From Macrostomum lignano (taxonomy: Eukaryota), in contig NIVC01000225.1 in NCBI GenBank assembly GCA_002269645.1, forward strand, positions 710,927 to 774,926: 64,000 bases of DNA, read 5' to 3'. Of the stretch, positions 1-12,200 are shown in pieces. How positions within the stretch are numbered: position 1 is the stretch's first letter; each line of letters starts with the position of its first letter. A program made the translations under genes and the position numbers. A model generated the notes under the pieces. It saw only the letters and a program-made list of their open reading frames with translations. It made no database searches and was not told the origin of the DNA.

Positions 1-341
1 AAATAACCATTTATCAAAAAAGAGGGAAAACTGAAGCTGAAGTTGTTTTCAAGTTGAAGAAAGCGGCATTTGCAATTTGTTGATAACAATAAAAAATTAT
101 AACCGGAAAATATTGCAGGAAGCAAACAGATAGGACTAGGCTTATAAAATATGAAAACAGCCATTATTGATTAGCAATTGATAGTAAAAAATAATTGACT
201 CCAACACCTCAACAAAGTGAAATCAATTTCTGCGTGCATTGTTATAATGGCAAAATGAATACATTGAGTAAACTTTATTAAGCGTCTAGAGACGGTGGTT
301 CAATCAAACTCAAACCACATTCACTACTCAAACTTCACTAC

Positions 342-974
342 TCAAAGATGATCTGTCCCAGTGAACTTGGCCTCCTTAATGTCGTCACGGTTGAGGAAGG
401 CGGCGATTTTCTCGCGACCGCCAAAAGCTTCGTAGAACGCCTTGACAGAGGGCAGACTGTCGGTGCAGCTGGGGCTCAGAGCCACCAGAGCCAGCAGCAG
501 GTCGAAGAAAATGTAATCAACAAGGGTAATCTTGCCAAGCAACAGGTGAGTCTTGTCCTCCTGACTCGCCAGCTGCTTCTCAAACGGTTCCAGTAGGGCT
601 GGAACAGACTCTAGAAACGGCTGCTTGCCAGCGTCATAGTTTTCGTAGATCATTCGCAAAAACTTCGTTCGAATGTCGATTGTCTGATCAATCCACATTT
701 CAATTTGGGCCTGCTCGATGTTGTTGCTACCCATTAGGCCGTGCTCGCGGCCAAGGTAGCGAGCGATGGTGTGAGACTGAGATATTTTAGTCTTGCCATT
801 GATCGTGAGCACTGGCAGCTGGCCAAATGGCATTGTAGGCTTCACTTCAGCCCAGGTGTCCTTAGTGATTAAGTTAAACTTGTACTCAATACACTGGTCC
901 TCCAAGATCAGACGGATCATGTTGCCCAGGCCTTTCACTGGGAAATAGGTCAGCTCGTAGGTGTTGCTGGACAT
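342..974 (-). CDS. Glutathione S-transferase, Pi-class-like (copy 1), intronless, 210 aa
   Basis: Full ORF with N-terminal YFPVKG (catalytic Tyr), PFGQLP cis-Pro loop, SQSHTIARYLG motif and IYENYDAGK / PFEKQL / TLVDY C-domain motifs matching the GSTP-type fold as recalled. Confidence 0.93.
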   Translation of the reverse strand: MSSNTYELTYFPVKGLGNMIRLILEDQCIEYKFNLITKDTWAEVKPTMPFGQLPVLTINGKTKISQSHTIARYLGREHGLMGSNNIEQAQIEMWIDQTIDIRTKFLRMIYENYDAGKQPFLESVPALLEPFEKQLASQEDKTHLLLGKITLVDYIFFDLLLALVALSPSCTDSLPSVKAFYEAFGGREKIAAFLNRDDIKEAKFTGTDHL

Positions 975-2805
975 TGCGGCTGCGGGTTTGCAATAATTTT
1001 GTGTTCACTTTATATGCTGGAATTGAATGCGGTTTTTAAAATGTGGTGCACTATAACTAAAACGACACCACAGTCAAAGTTCACGTCTACACACTTATGG
1101 TTACCTGGATCATGTTCTCACAATTTTTTGATATTGTTTCCTATATAGGCTAATACCGCAATATCTGTCAGGATAAAACCATTGACAAAAAGCCTGTGAA
1201 AACTTACAAGAATGAATGAAGATTTATATTAGGATACCGTTTGAGTAAAAGTTATAGCTCGCAGTTAATAAGTAGCTAGTTTAGAAATCGGCGGCTAGAG
1301 TGAGAGAGAGAGAATCTGCCATGAGTCTACCAGCTGCTATATATTTACGGACAACTGCAGTCTATCCACGTGGTTGAGGTGGGTTTAGACGAGGTAATGA
1401 TCGATACACTGAATAAGCCTAATGCGCAGTTGGCATGCAGAGCTTACGACTCGTAGAAGAAACGAAACGACTTGGGACTTGAGTGGCCATTCCAATTCGC
1501 TACACAATTCATGATTGGCATAGCAGTTGGAAAGGCAGACATAGTCCATTGCAGCTGCAGCAGCTGGTTAGTCTAACGTATTTAATATTGAGCTGAGCGA
1601 ATGAACGCGGACCTGGATTTTTCAGAGCCCTGGTAAGTTGAGCTACCAGAGCATGCAGGGGATACGGCTACTCGATAATACTACCCTGGAGCAAAACTAG
1701 CTAGATTAAACTAGTCGCGAGTGGGGATCAAATCCAATACATGCCCAGAAGTATAAGACGCGCAATTAACAATTATGATTTGTACTTTTCTCTCTACAGC
1801 TAATTTGTGTTCCTCTGACATTATGTAAACATGTTTCTTGTCATCATTGAAATGTGTTCCAAATGAGAAAAATTACATTGTATATGGACTCTATGTCATT
1901 CCTTGGTTTCCCGTCCAGATGTTTAACTTAAGACGTCCACCCTATTCAGGTACTATCTCTCACGACCAGAGAGAGTTGATTAGATAGTAAGAAACCCACA
2001 CTTTGTAGAAAATAAAATGAGTCATTTAGCCTAAAAAGATTTTGACGGACAAGCAGACCCCGTACCGTCTCTAATCGAAAGCATACAACAACCTCCAAAA
2101 ACAGTCTAGCAGAGACCAACTTCTAGGTTGCTTTACGAAAAGACTTCACTGGTGGAAACTACACAAAATGATTACATAGTGTCACTATTACACGTATCTC
2201 CCTTGGCTTATCGTACAACACACGCTACACATTGTAATTCTAAAATCCTAGATCTGAAACTAATATCAATTAAATTGACAGACTAATGCTTTTACAATCG
2301 GATCGATTTTCTATTAAATTATCCATACCTAACACTTATTAATTGACTCGTAAACATTCTCATTCTCTAAGCTGCTTCAAACATAGAAATAAACAGCAAA
2401 CCACTCTACTAAGAAATAAGTAGAACTAAACGAGTTATATTTAATTACTAGAAATGGTGTGCAGTTTTTTCTGCAGATAGAATATTTTAACAAAATTTCT
2501 GCAACACAACGGTGAAGAAACGAAGTAATTCTAGCCAGAAAAATTGAATTGAATTTTAAACTAGAAGTGATGCCGTTTGCTTAACATATATATATATAAA
2601 ATGTTTAATCAAAAAGTATACGGAAAAGATGTTCTAAAAGCATTTAGATAAACAGACAACTGAATTGTACTAGGAAAATGTCACAGCTAGGGCTATAGAA
2701 GATGGAATGCTAACGATAGTAAACTACAAGGGTTGTTAGCTCTCACATCAGTCATATAGTTTCAATTTCAATTCCACACTGGTTTCCAAGAACAATCGAG
2801 CAAAT

Positions 2806-3432
2806 TTAAACATGCATCGATCCGGTGAACTTCATCGACTTGATCTCTGGCTTTTCCAGGAAAGCGTGCAGATTCTTCCTGGCACCGAAGCTGGTGTAGA
2901 ACGCTTTGACGTGGGGCGAGCTGTCCAGACAGGTCGGGCTCAGAGCGGTGAGCACGAGGAGCACATCGAACACGATGTAGTCAGCCAGGGTCAGCTTGCC
3001 AAACAGCAGGTGAGCACTGTCTCCAGTCAGCTGCTTCTCAAATGGCACCAGCTGGGCTGGAATAGAGTCGATAAACGGCTGCTTGCCGGCCTCATAATTT
3101 TCGTAGATCATTCGCAAAAACTTCGTTCGAATGTCGATTGTCTGATCGATCCACATTTCAATTTGGGCCTGCTCGATGTTGTTGCTACCCATCAGGCCGT
3201 GCTCGCGGCCAAGGTAGCGAGCGATGGTGTGAGACTGAGATATTTTAGTCTTGCCATTGATCGTGAGCACTGGCAGCTGGCCAAATGGCGTTGTAGGCTT
3301 AAAGTCAGCCCAGGTGTCCTTAGTGATTAAGTTGAACTTGTACTTGATAGATTGGTCCTCCAAGATCAGACGGATCATGTTGCCCAGGCCTTTCACTGGG
3401 AAATAGGCCAACTCGTAGGTGTTGCTGGACAT
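2806..3432 (-). CDS. Glutathione S-transferase, Pi-class-like (copy 2), chimeric, 208 aa
   Basis: Same motifs. The N-terminal ~120 aa are nearly identical to copy 1; from PFEKQLTGDSAHLL onward it is nearly identical to copy 3. Confidence 0.93.
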   Translation of the reverse strand: MSSNTYELAYFPVKGLGNMIRLILEDQSIKYKFNLITKDTWADFKPTTPFGQLPVLTINGKTKISQSHTIARYLGREHGLMGSNNIEQAQIEMWIDQTIDIRTKFLRMIYENYEAGKQPFIDSIPAQLVPFEKQLTGDSAHLLFGKLTLADYIVFDVLLVLTALSPTCLDSSPHVKAFYTSFGARKNLHAFLEKPEIKSMKFTGSMHV

Positions 3433-4207
3433 TGCGGCTGCGGGTTTGCAAATATATATAAATATAATGGAAGAACTTCTACAGATGTTTTCTATGTCTG
3501 TATGCTAAGTAAAGCGTAGCTGGGGATCAAGGGGGGGCTTGAAAAGTGTTGAAAGGAGTCAACAGAAATGGTCGGCCAATTGTTGTGGACATCCGGCATG
3601 ACTTTTGTCTAGTTTTTAGGTGGCTTCATGGGATGGTTGGTGCACTTTTGAAAACCAGAAATCGACACCACAATCAAAGTTGGCGTCTAAAGTTTTATCG
3701 AGACTAAACTTGAGTAGATGCCTGGATCATGGTCTCAAATTTCTGCTTTTGTTTCCTACATTGACTATACCTCAATATATCTCAGGGTGGCACCATTGAA
3801 AACTCTATCCAATAATAAAAACGCTAGTGAAAACTTACAAGAATAAAGACTTATTCAAATACCGTCTATGTAAAAGTTAAAGAATTAGTGATAATAACCA
3901 GACAAATGAACTGAATCTTAAACCGGATATGATGCCGCATGCTTAAAATATGTATATAGTGTTGATTATAAAACGATACAAACTAAAATTGTTTATAAAT
4001 GTTTATAAATAATGTAAATGTTTATAAATAAATAAACACACAACAGTTGTAATAATACAGCTAGAAAATAGTCATAATTAGGGTTATAGAAGATAGTAGA
4101 ATGCTAACGATAGTGAACTACAATAGTTATAAGCTCTCATATCAGCCGTATAGTTTCGATTTCAATTGCAGACTGTTTAAAAAACATCATTAATAATCCT
4201 AGCCCAT

Positions 4208-4831
4208 TTAAAGATGCGGCGATCCGGTGAACTTCATCGACTTGATCTCTGGCTTTTCCAGGAAAGCGTGCAGATTCTTCCTGGCACCGAAGCTGGTGTA
4301 GAACGCTTTGACGCGGGGCGAGCTGTCCAGACAGGTCGGGCTCAGAGCGGTGAGCACGTGAAGCACATCGAACACGATGTAGTCAGCCAGGGTCAGCTTG
4401 CCAAACAGCAGGTGAGCACTGTCTCCAGTCAGCTGCTTCTCAAACGGCGCCAATTCGGTCGGGATAGATTCAAGGAACGGCTTGAGTCCGTTCTCATAGT
4501 CGGTGTAGATCATTTTGGCGAATTTTTTGCGCAAATCGGCGCTCTGGTCGATCCACATTTCAATTTGGGCCTGCTCGATGTTGTTGCTACCCATCAGGCC
4601 GTGCTCGCGGCCAAGGTAGCGAGCGATGGTGTGAGACTGAGCAATCTGGGTCGATCCGTTAACAGTGAGCACTGGCACCTGGCCAAACGGTGTAGTCGGC
4701 TTTACCTGGGGCCAGTTCTCCCCTACCGGCTTGTACTCGTACGGGATGCCCTGATCCTCCAGGACAATGCGAACCATGTTACCGTAGCCCTTCACGGGAA
4801 AGTACATGAACTCGTATTTGTTGCCAGACAT
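4208..4831 (-). CDS. Glutathione S-transferase, Pi-class-like (copy 3), 207 aa
   Basis: The true start is most likely MSGNKYEFMYFPVKG (ATG at 4831), by alignment with the starts of copies 1 and 2. The 101-aa upstream extension in the ORF track is AT-rich and non-homologous. Confidence 0.92.
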   Translation of the reverse strand: MSGNKYEFMYFPVKGYGNMVRIVLEDQGIPYEYKPVGENWPQVKPTTPFGQVPVLTVNGSTQIAQSHTIARYLGREHGLMGSNNIEQAQIEMWIDQSADLRKKFAKMIYTDYENGLKPFLESIPTELAPFEKQLTGDSAHLLFGKLTLADYIVFDVLHVLTALSPTCLDSSPRVKAFYTSFGARKNLHAFLEKPEIKSMKFTGSPHL

Positions 4832-6949
4832 TTCTAGATAGCTTGTGTTCGTTAGTTTGTTTTGGTCTGAAATTGAAAGAAATGAAGAATAAAAAACTGT
4901 TGTGTAAACTTTCAAAATAAAGTATATTCTCATCAACATTAAAAAGGTCGCCGCCTTTGAGACTGCGCAGACTGCAAAGATTGGATGGATTGAAGCTCCC
5001 GCCCGGTTTTTCATTGCTTTGTTAAACCTTTTTTGAATATCAAAATGGTTGGCCAGGTGATAGACGCTAGTCGAAACACACTGCTCACTGGGACGACTTT
5101 TCAATGTTGCAGAGTATATATTAAACAATGTCATTTGTGATTAAACTGCCTGTAAAGAATTCAAAAGAGTTTCAAGAGTTCAAAAGGCCCTTTTAGGGCC
5201 AGTTGACGCTACTGCCAGTAGTATATGAACTATTGCTCAAATATTGGCCAGAACCGTTTTAAAAATCTGGTCTGAACCAACAATATATTGATTTGAACAT
5301 ACATTCACTAATGACATTGCTTAACTTAGTTATATTAATAAAACAAGTTTTAATAATGAATGTCTTAATATATTTGAAACTTACAATTAAATACAGTTGA
5401 GAAGAGCAGATCGCGATTACAGACAGAGAGTGGCAGGAGAATTGTTACACATGAGAAGGGTTTATATACAGTACAGAGAAGAAGGAAGGCTTCTATTAAC
5501 ACAACTGGATTTGCGGGGAGGTGAGTTGGATTGAACCGACCACCCACCTCTCTCCACCGTCGGGACCACACCCCATGCCCGTCCCCCTGGTTTAAACCAG
5601 TTGAGGCACGGAGAAAGTACACGGAATTTTGTAAGAAAAAACCACGACCGCGGGAGAGACTCTAGACCGGCTGTATAGCCACCTCAGAACGCCCAGCCAA
5701 TGAGATATTTGAGCATCAACAGACCCTCTATTCTCTGTACGGATAGGTAAATGAGTGTACCTAACCACACCCACCCATCCACATATACAACAGCCAACCT
5801 CTCCACTCCGTCTCTCATACAAACAACGTATAATCAACGTTGTTCTTGCGTAGAAAACAGGCAGACGCGTGAATGACACGCTGCTACTTGAATTAGCACT
5901 CAGTAACTCGCTTCAATTCAATCCAGGGCAAGAGTAAGACCCACCACAAGTCGTACGAACAATGCAAGCTTCCATTTAAAGAACTAATTCTACTTTTTTG
6001 TTAAGCTTTGATTATCGATTATTTCTATCGATTATCTTTACTTAACTGGTTAACAGCACAGTGGATGACAACAGACTAGCACACCCAGTCCCGTTTTTTG
6101 GGGCTTGCTTGAACTGAATGTATAGGCATAGAAGCATGGGGATGCAAGGGTTTTTTAGCTTCAAATTGAGCTTTGACTAGCAACCTGCGCCCCCCCCCGT
6201 TGGGGAGGCAACAAAGAAAGAAAGAATGTTGAGAATAAGTATGTAGGTTTTGACCTTGTACAGTCACTGATGTTAATCTTTAAGGGAAATGAATTTTAAA
6301 GCAAAAAATCACCAGCCCTGAAAGCCTAAGATATCAGCATCTGAACAACCCCCAATGAGAAATTTCAACAATGCCATCATGAGCATCGACATCTCAGAAA
6401 TTCCCCCCAAGCGTCGATTCTTTTCTGGTTGAATTCCTTCATCATAGCATTTCAGCAAATCCTCATGAGCTTTTACATTGAGCTTTACATTCAATTTGAG
6501 CCCTAAAAAACCAAGGTTTAAAATGTTTAAAAAACTTATTCATTCGAAAAAAAGTTTTCTCAAAATTATAAAATTTCGCAAAGTATAGCCTTCCAAACCT
6601 TATTATACTACTATAACAGGCAAGGTAAAAGTAGGCACATAAGAAAAAGCCAACAAGATAGAACAAAAAACTGAATTATCTGACCATGTTGACTTTACCA
6701 AACAAAACTGCTTTTACACATTTTCCGTTTTTCGTTTACACTATAAGTGAGAGTTGAAGTAACGCACAGTCACGCAAAAGTCTGTGACAAAGTTATCTTC
6801 TAAACAAATATGTCTTGGTCCAGTTACAGCAACGTGCAAGCCAGTTTAACGGCGTATTCGTAGATCATCGCAATATGCAACAATTCTTTACGGAATGTTG
6901 TTATTCTTCATCAAAGCATACCTACAATTTTCAACCCTGAAGCGAATAA

Positions 6950-7515
6950 GCACAGTAGCCTCAAACCATGAAGCAACTAAGGACAGTAGCCTCATACCCT
7001 GAAGCAACTAAGGACAGTAGCCTCATACCCTGAAGCAACTAAGGACAGTAACCTTATACCCTGAAGCAACTAAGGACAGTAGCCTCATACCATGAAGCGA
7101 TTTATGACAGTAACCTCATACCCTGAAGCGATTTATCACAGTAGCCTCATACCATGAAGCGATTTATGACAGTAACCTCATACCCTGAAGCGATTTATCA
7201 CAGTAGCCTCATACCCTGAAGCGATTTATGACAGTAACCTCATACCCTGAAGCGATTTATGACAGTAACCTCATACCCTGAAGCAACCAAGGACAGTAGC
7301 CTCATACCCTAAAGCGATTAAAGACAGTAGCCTCATACCCTGAAGCAACTAAGGACAGTAGCCTCATACCCTGAAGCGATTAAGGACAGAAGCCTCACAC
7401 CCTGAAGCGATTAAGGACAGAAGCCTCACACCCTGAAGCAACTAAGGACAGTAGCCTCACACCCTGAAGCAACTAAGGACAGTAGCCTCATACCCTGAAG
7501 CGATTAAGGACAGAA
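6950..7515. repeat. Minisatellite, 31-bp unit (AAGGACAGTAGCCTCATACCCTGAAGCAACT), about 18 copies
   Basis: Direct tandem repeats with unit variants (CAACT / CGATT). Confidence 0.95.
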
Positions 7516-7979
7516 GCGATATCATTGCAGAAAATCCAGCTAAACAAGTTTTTGATAAGCTTATTCATGTTAACTAGGAGTAGATTTGACACAGCTGATT
7601 AGTAGCAGAATTTGCAAAGTTAAGACAAACTGACACGGATACCACAAGCTTTAATGAAATGAATTCATAGTTTAAACAGATTAATAAACACAGGGTTTTG
7701 TGTCCGTGTGAAATGAGGTCCTGTCTTATCTTCAACCAATTTCACATTATACTTATACTGTAAATAAAAACAATACCTGTGTTCAGTATCAATCAAAACA
7801 TGTGCCAAGAAAAACGGTGGGTGGTCGAAAGTTAATGCAACATATCATAGATCAATTATTGTATTTAATATCATAATTTTAAATTCAAACAAAAGTGCAG
7901 GATAAGGCATTGAGGATACTATACTATAATTGGCTTGGCCAAAATCCTGATGCAATGAAGCGCGATTAATGACAGTAGG

Positions 7980-9285
7980 CTTGGAGGGGAATTGCTGAGA
8001 TGTCAAGGCTTATGGGGTAATCGCTGAGATTTTAAGGCTTGGGAATTGGTTAGATTTCAAGGCTTACAGGGGGAATTGCTGAGATTTCAAGGCTTACAGG
8101 GGGAATTGCTGAGATTTCAAGGCTTACAGGGGGAATTGCTGAGATGTCAAGGCTTACAGGGGAATTGCTGAGATGTCAAGGCTTACAGGGGAATTGCTGA
8201 AATTTCAAGGCTTACAGGGCGAATTGGTTAGATTTCAAGGCTTACAGGGGGAATTGCTGAGATGTCAAGGCTTGCAGGGGAATTGCTGAGATTTCAAGGC
8301 TTACAGGGGGAATTGCTGAGATTTCAAGGCTTACAGGGGGAATTGGTGAGAGTTCAAGGCTTACAGGGCGAATTGGTGAGATTTCAAGGCTTACAGGGGG
8401 AATTGCTGAGATTTCAAGGCTTACAGGGCGAATTGCTGAGATTTCAAGGCTTACAGGGCGAATTGGTGAGATTTCAAGGCTTACAGGGCGAATTGGTTAG
8501 ATTTCAAGGCTTACAGGGGGAATTGCTGAGATTTCAAGGCTTACAGGGCGAATTGGTGAGATTTCAAGGCTTACAGGGCGAATTGGTTAGATTTCAAGGC
8601 TTACAGGGGGAATTGCTGAGATGTCAAGGCTTACAGGGGAATTGCTGAAATTTCAAGGCTTACAGGGCGAATTGGTTAGATTTCAAGGCTTACAGGGGGA
8701 ATTGCTGAGATGTCAAGGCTTGCAGGGGGAATTGCTGAGATGTCAAGGCTTGCAGGGGAATTGCTGAGATTTCAAGGCTTACAGGGGGAATTGCTGAGAT
8801 TTCAAGGCTTACAGGGGGAATTGCTGAGATGTCAAGGCTTGCAGGGGAATTGCTGAGATTTCAAGGCTTACAGGGGGAATTGCTGAGATTTCAAGGCTTA
8901 CAGGGGGAATTGGTGAGAGTTCAAGGCTTACAGGGCGAATTGGTGAGATTTCAAGGCTTACAGGGGGAATTGGTGAGAGTTCAAGGCTTACAGGGCGAAT
9001 TGGTGAGATTTCAAGGCTTACAGGGGGAATTGCTGAGATTTCAAGGCTTACAGGGCGAATTGCTGAGATTTCAAGGCTTACAGGGCGAATTGCTGAGATT
9101 TCAAGGCTTACAGGGCGAATTGCTGAGATTTCAAGGCTTACAGGGCGAATTGGTGAGATTTCAAGGCTTACAGGGCGAATTGGTGAGATTTCAAGGCTTA
9201 CAGGGGGAATTGCTGAGATTTCAAGGCTTGGGAATTGCTGAAATGTCAAAGCTTACAAGAGGAATTGCTGAGATTTCAAGGCCAA
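7980..9285. repeat. Minisatellite, 30-bp unit (GAATTGCTGAGATTTCAAGGCTTACAGGGG), about 43 copies
   Basis: Direct tandem repeat; explains the LLRFQGLQGE-type ORFs at 8262-9299. Confidence 0.97.
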
Positions 9286-12200
9286 GAGGATCCACATAAA
9301 TAATTTTGTCCCTTGCTTATTGGCCACTTCAAAGGGGGCACTAGATTGCAAGTATAGACCTATATATATGTTCAATTATAAACTAAAAGTTATATATCAA
9401 GGTTAGTTATAACATTTATCATTTTCAATTTTAAATTATTAATAATCTTCTAAAAAATAAATATTTGGGACCATTTTATAAGTATTTTGGATACCTTAAC
9501 AATCCAAAACTCAATTTATAAGCAATTCTATGACTTTTCAAGATGTAAACCTAATTATGTATACCCAAATTTGGTGCAAGCAAGAAAAGTCTATATACTC
9601 GTAAATATACAATGTAATATATTTATAAAGCTTTGTAGGTCTTTTTACATACAAGGAACATATATGTATACTATATTTTATGCAGTAATGACAATAAAAT
9701 AGGTGTATTACTATTATAGTAATTGAATAAAATTTAAAAAACTTTTATCCTACTATGTTTTTGAATATATATATGATTGTTTTATATGGAAAAGTAATCA
9801 GTACCAATACATATTTCCTATATCTAGTTCCCATATCTATGCCACAAAATAAATTAAAAGACTTAAAACTTGAAAGACTATTGGAACCATTGATTCAATG
9901 AATGGGAATAAGTGTTAGATTTTTTAGAAACGAATTAATGTTGCCAATTTAAAAGCTTATGTGAGGTGAGCTCTTAAAAGTCACTAGGGTTGAAAACTCA
10001 ACAGGAAAGATTTTCCACATCATATACCCATTGTGTATATAGGGATAATAAGGACTAATGTTAAGATAAATGCTCACTTTCAATGTGAAGGGAGCTCTTA
10101 AGTCCCTAAGGGTTGGGGACTCAAGCAATAAAGATAATTGACACAAAATGCACATCATAGTTGGGATGGTAGGGGCTAAAGTAAGGATAAATGAAGCCAA
10201 TAGGGAAGCTATTTAGCATTTGCGACTATCATAAAAGTATAGACTATAAACAATTCAAGAGGCTTTTGCTGCCTAATTATTTGGAGATTAGGTACCAACT
10301 AATAAGCAGACCATTGCTCTCATAGATCTTAATAAGCATGGGAGATTTTGTTACCTTACTTTGCTCTAAGTCTAATTGTGTCATCTACTAATTTGTCTTT
10401 CATTGCAACATAAACCATATGTTATGGTAATCATACATGTGCAATGAGACATTTAGCCTTAATAAGACACTCATAATTACTCTTGCCATCTATCCAAAAT
10501 TGCATTAGTTTTGCTTTAGGGTTTCTTTCACAAGTAAGTCACATTTTTGGTCAAAAAGTATGTTAATATAGCCAGTTTAAATCAGAAAGGTTGCAAATAT
10601 ATAATAGTAATGTCATGTTTAAAGAGGAAAAAGAGAAGCGAGAATGGGGAAAAAAGAAGAGAGTAAAAGAAAGAAGGAAGAGGAAGAGGGGAGAAAGGAG
10701 AGAAAACACTCAAAATTAAATCAAGTTGATAGGCATTGAACACCATAAATATGCATTCTACACTAATTGCAGAACATTACTCATAGTTAGCTGCATTCTT
10801 ATAACTGTAAAAGCCAGTAGCAAGAAGTCCTAATGCCCCTCTATAATACTCTTAATAAGTGTCATTGGCTGGCAGTGCATTGAAACCACAGAAAGAAATT
10901 TATAGAGCTTTGAGAAAATTTATTTATAGATACAGATATAGATATGGATAGGCTATAAGAAAAATTTAAAGATATGGCTACAGATACAATTGCAAAAATT
11001 TTCTAGTAAAAGCAAAACTCTAATTATCATCTAGTTTCAATATAAATGCTTTTTTATAGCCTAAAACCAACAATTAAAATAGAGAATAGAGGGGTTAAGA
11101 TAAAGAGATTCTTCAAAATACAAGTACAATGGTTTAATATAACATTGATATCAAATTATATAAAAATTATGGGCGGGTACAGCAAGTGGACTTTACCTGG
11201 TTTTAATGGTCGAGTGACCTGTCTCACTGCCCCCCCTTTTTTATTGCCTTGTACTTTTTTATGCGCTGTACATATGCCTTCTGACTAGCACCCCAAACCC
11301 CCAGTGTGTGTGTGTGCTTTATTTATATGTTGCTCAGCTTAGCGTGAGAGGGCGCTGCTGCCGCTCAAATTTTTTTCTTTTTAATTTTCGAATCAATACA
11401 CTTGATTGTTCAAGTGCAATACACTTGAATTATTTGTCCCCAAATCGCTTTGGGGCCTGCCTTGTTGTGCTTGATCACCACTTGTTCCATCTCTGCCTCT
11501 TCATTCCAGACATTAATTTATATTAAACCTATATAATAGATTAATTTTACAAAATGACCATAACATTTTTATTAATAAATAAGTTTAGTGATTTAGTTAC
11601 TTAGGGCCTAGTGCATTTTAGGACCAAGATTTTAATATACATCTGCATTGCATATTTGATTTATTAGCTATATTGCATATATTTTGTATATCTATCAGGG
11701 GCATAGTCAAGGGGGATTCTGAGGATTTACTAAAATAGTTTGTAGCAGTTATTACATATTAGTATTATTAGTGTTGTACTCTTTCCTTTGTTGCCTTTCC
11801 TATCAACCATAGACAACATTGTGTTTGGTTAGAAAGCTTTTTGTATAAGCCAAGAAATATACTCATCTTAGAGTGCATTAATAAAAACAACTTAATAGTA
11901 GTCAGCTACAAGTTAAATGAAATTTTATTCTCAGTCTAAGCTTTCATTTCATTATTTTATTTATAATATAAATTTATTTAATAAATATATTGATTAATAT
12001 TTAACATCTTATTTTTCATTTATTTTGCTCATTTATTCTAAGCAAATACTTAATAACAAATACTTATTACTTATACCTTTGGATAACTTCAAAACAATCT
12101 GCATAAAAATAAAGCAATTTGTAAGTTTTAATCTTCTGTTCAATAAAAATTTGGTCAAACAATTTTGTTAGATAAGTCCCTTCTTTTGCCTTAGTTTCAA

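Noticed and set aside
348-4837. Plus-strand ORFs overlapping the GSTs (also antisense ORFs over MNS1, PRDX4, SLC15)
   Set aside because: Antisense shadows of GC-rich coding sequence with no recognisable product.
4832-5134. 101-aa N-terminal extension of GST copy 3
   Set aside because: AT-rich, no homology to the other copies; the aligned ATG at 4831 matches the family start.
6312-6503. Candidate minus-strand exon (GLKLNVK…GFQGW)
   Set aside because: Open frame with plausible splice sites but no recognisable homology and no linked exons identified.
8262-9299. Repetitive ORFs (LLRFQGLQGE)n and the antisense equivalent
   Set aside because: Translation of a 30-bp minisatellite; open on both strands only because the unit is a multiple of 3 without stops.
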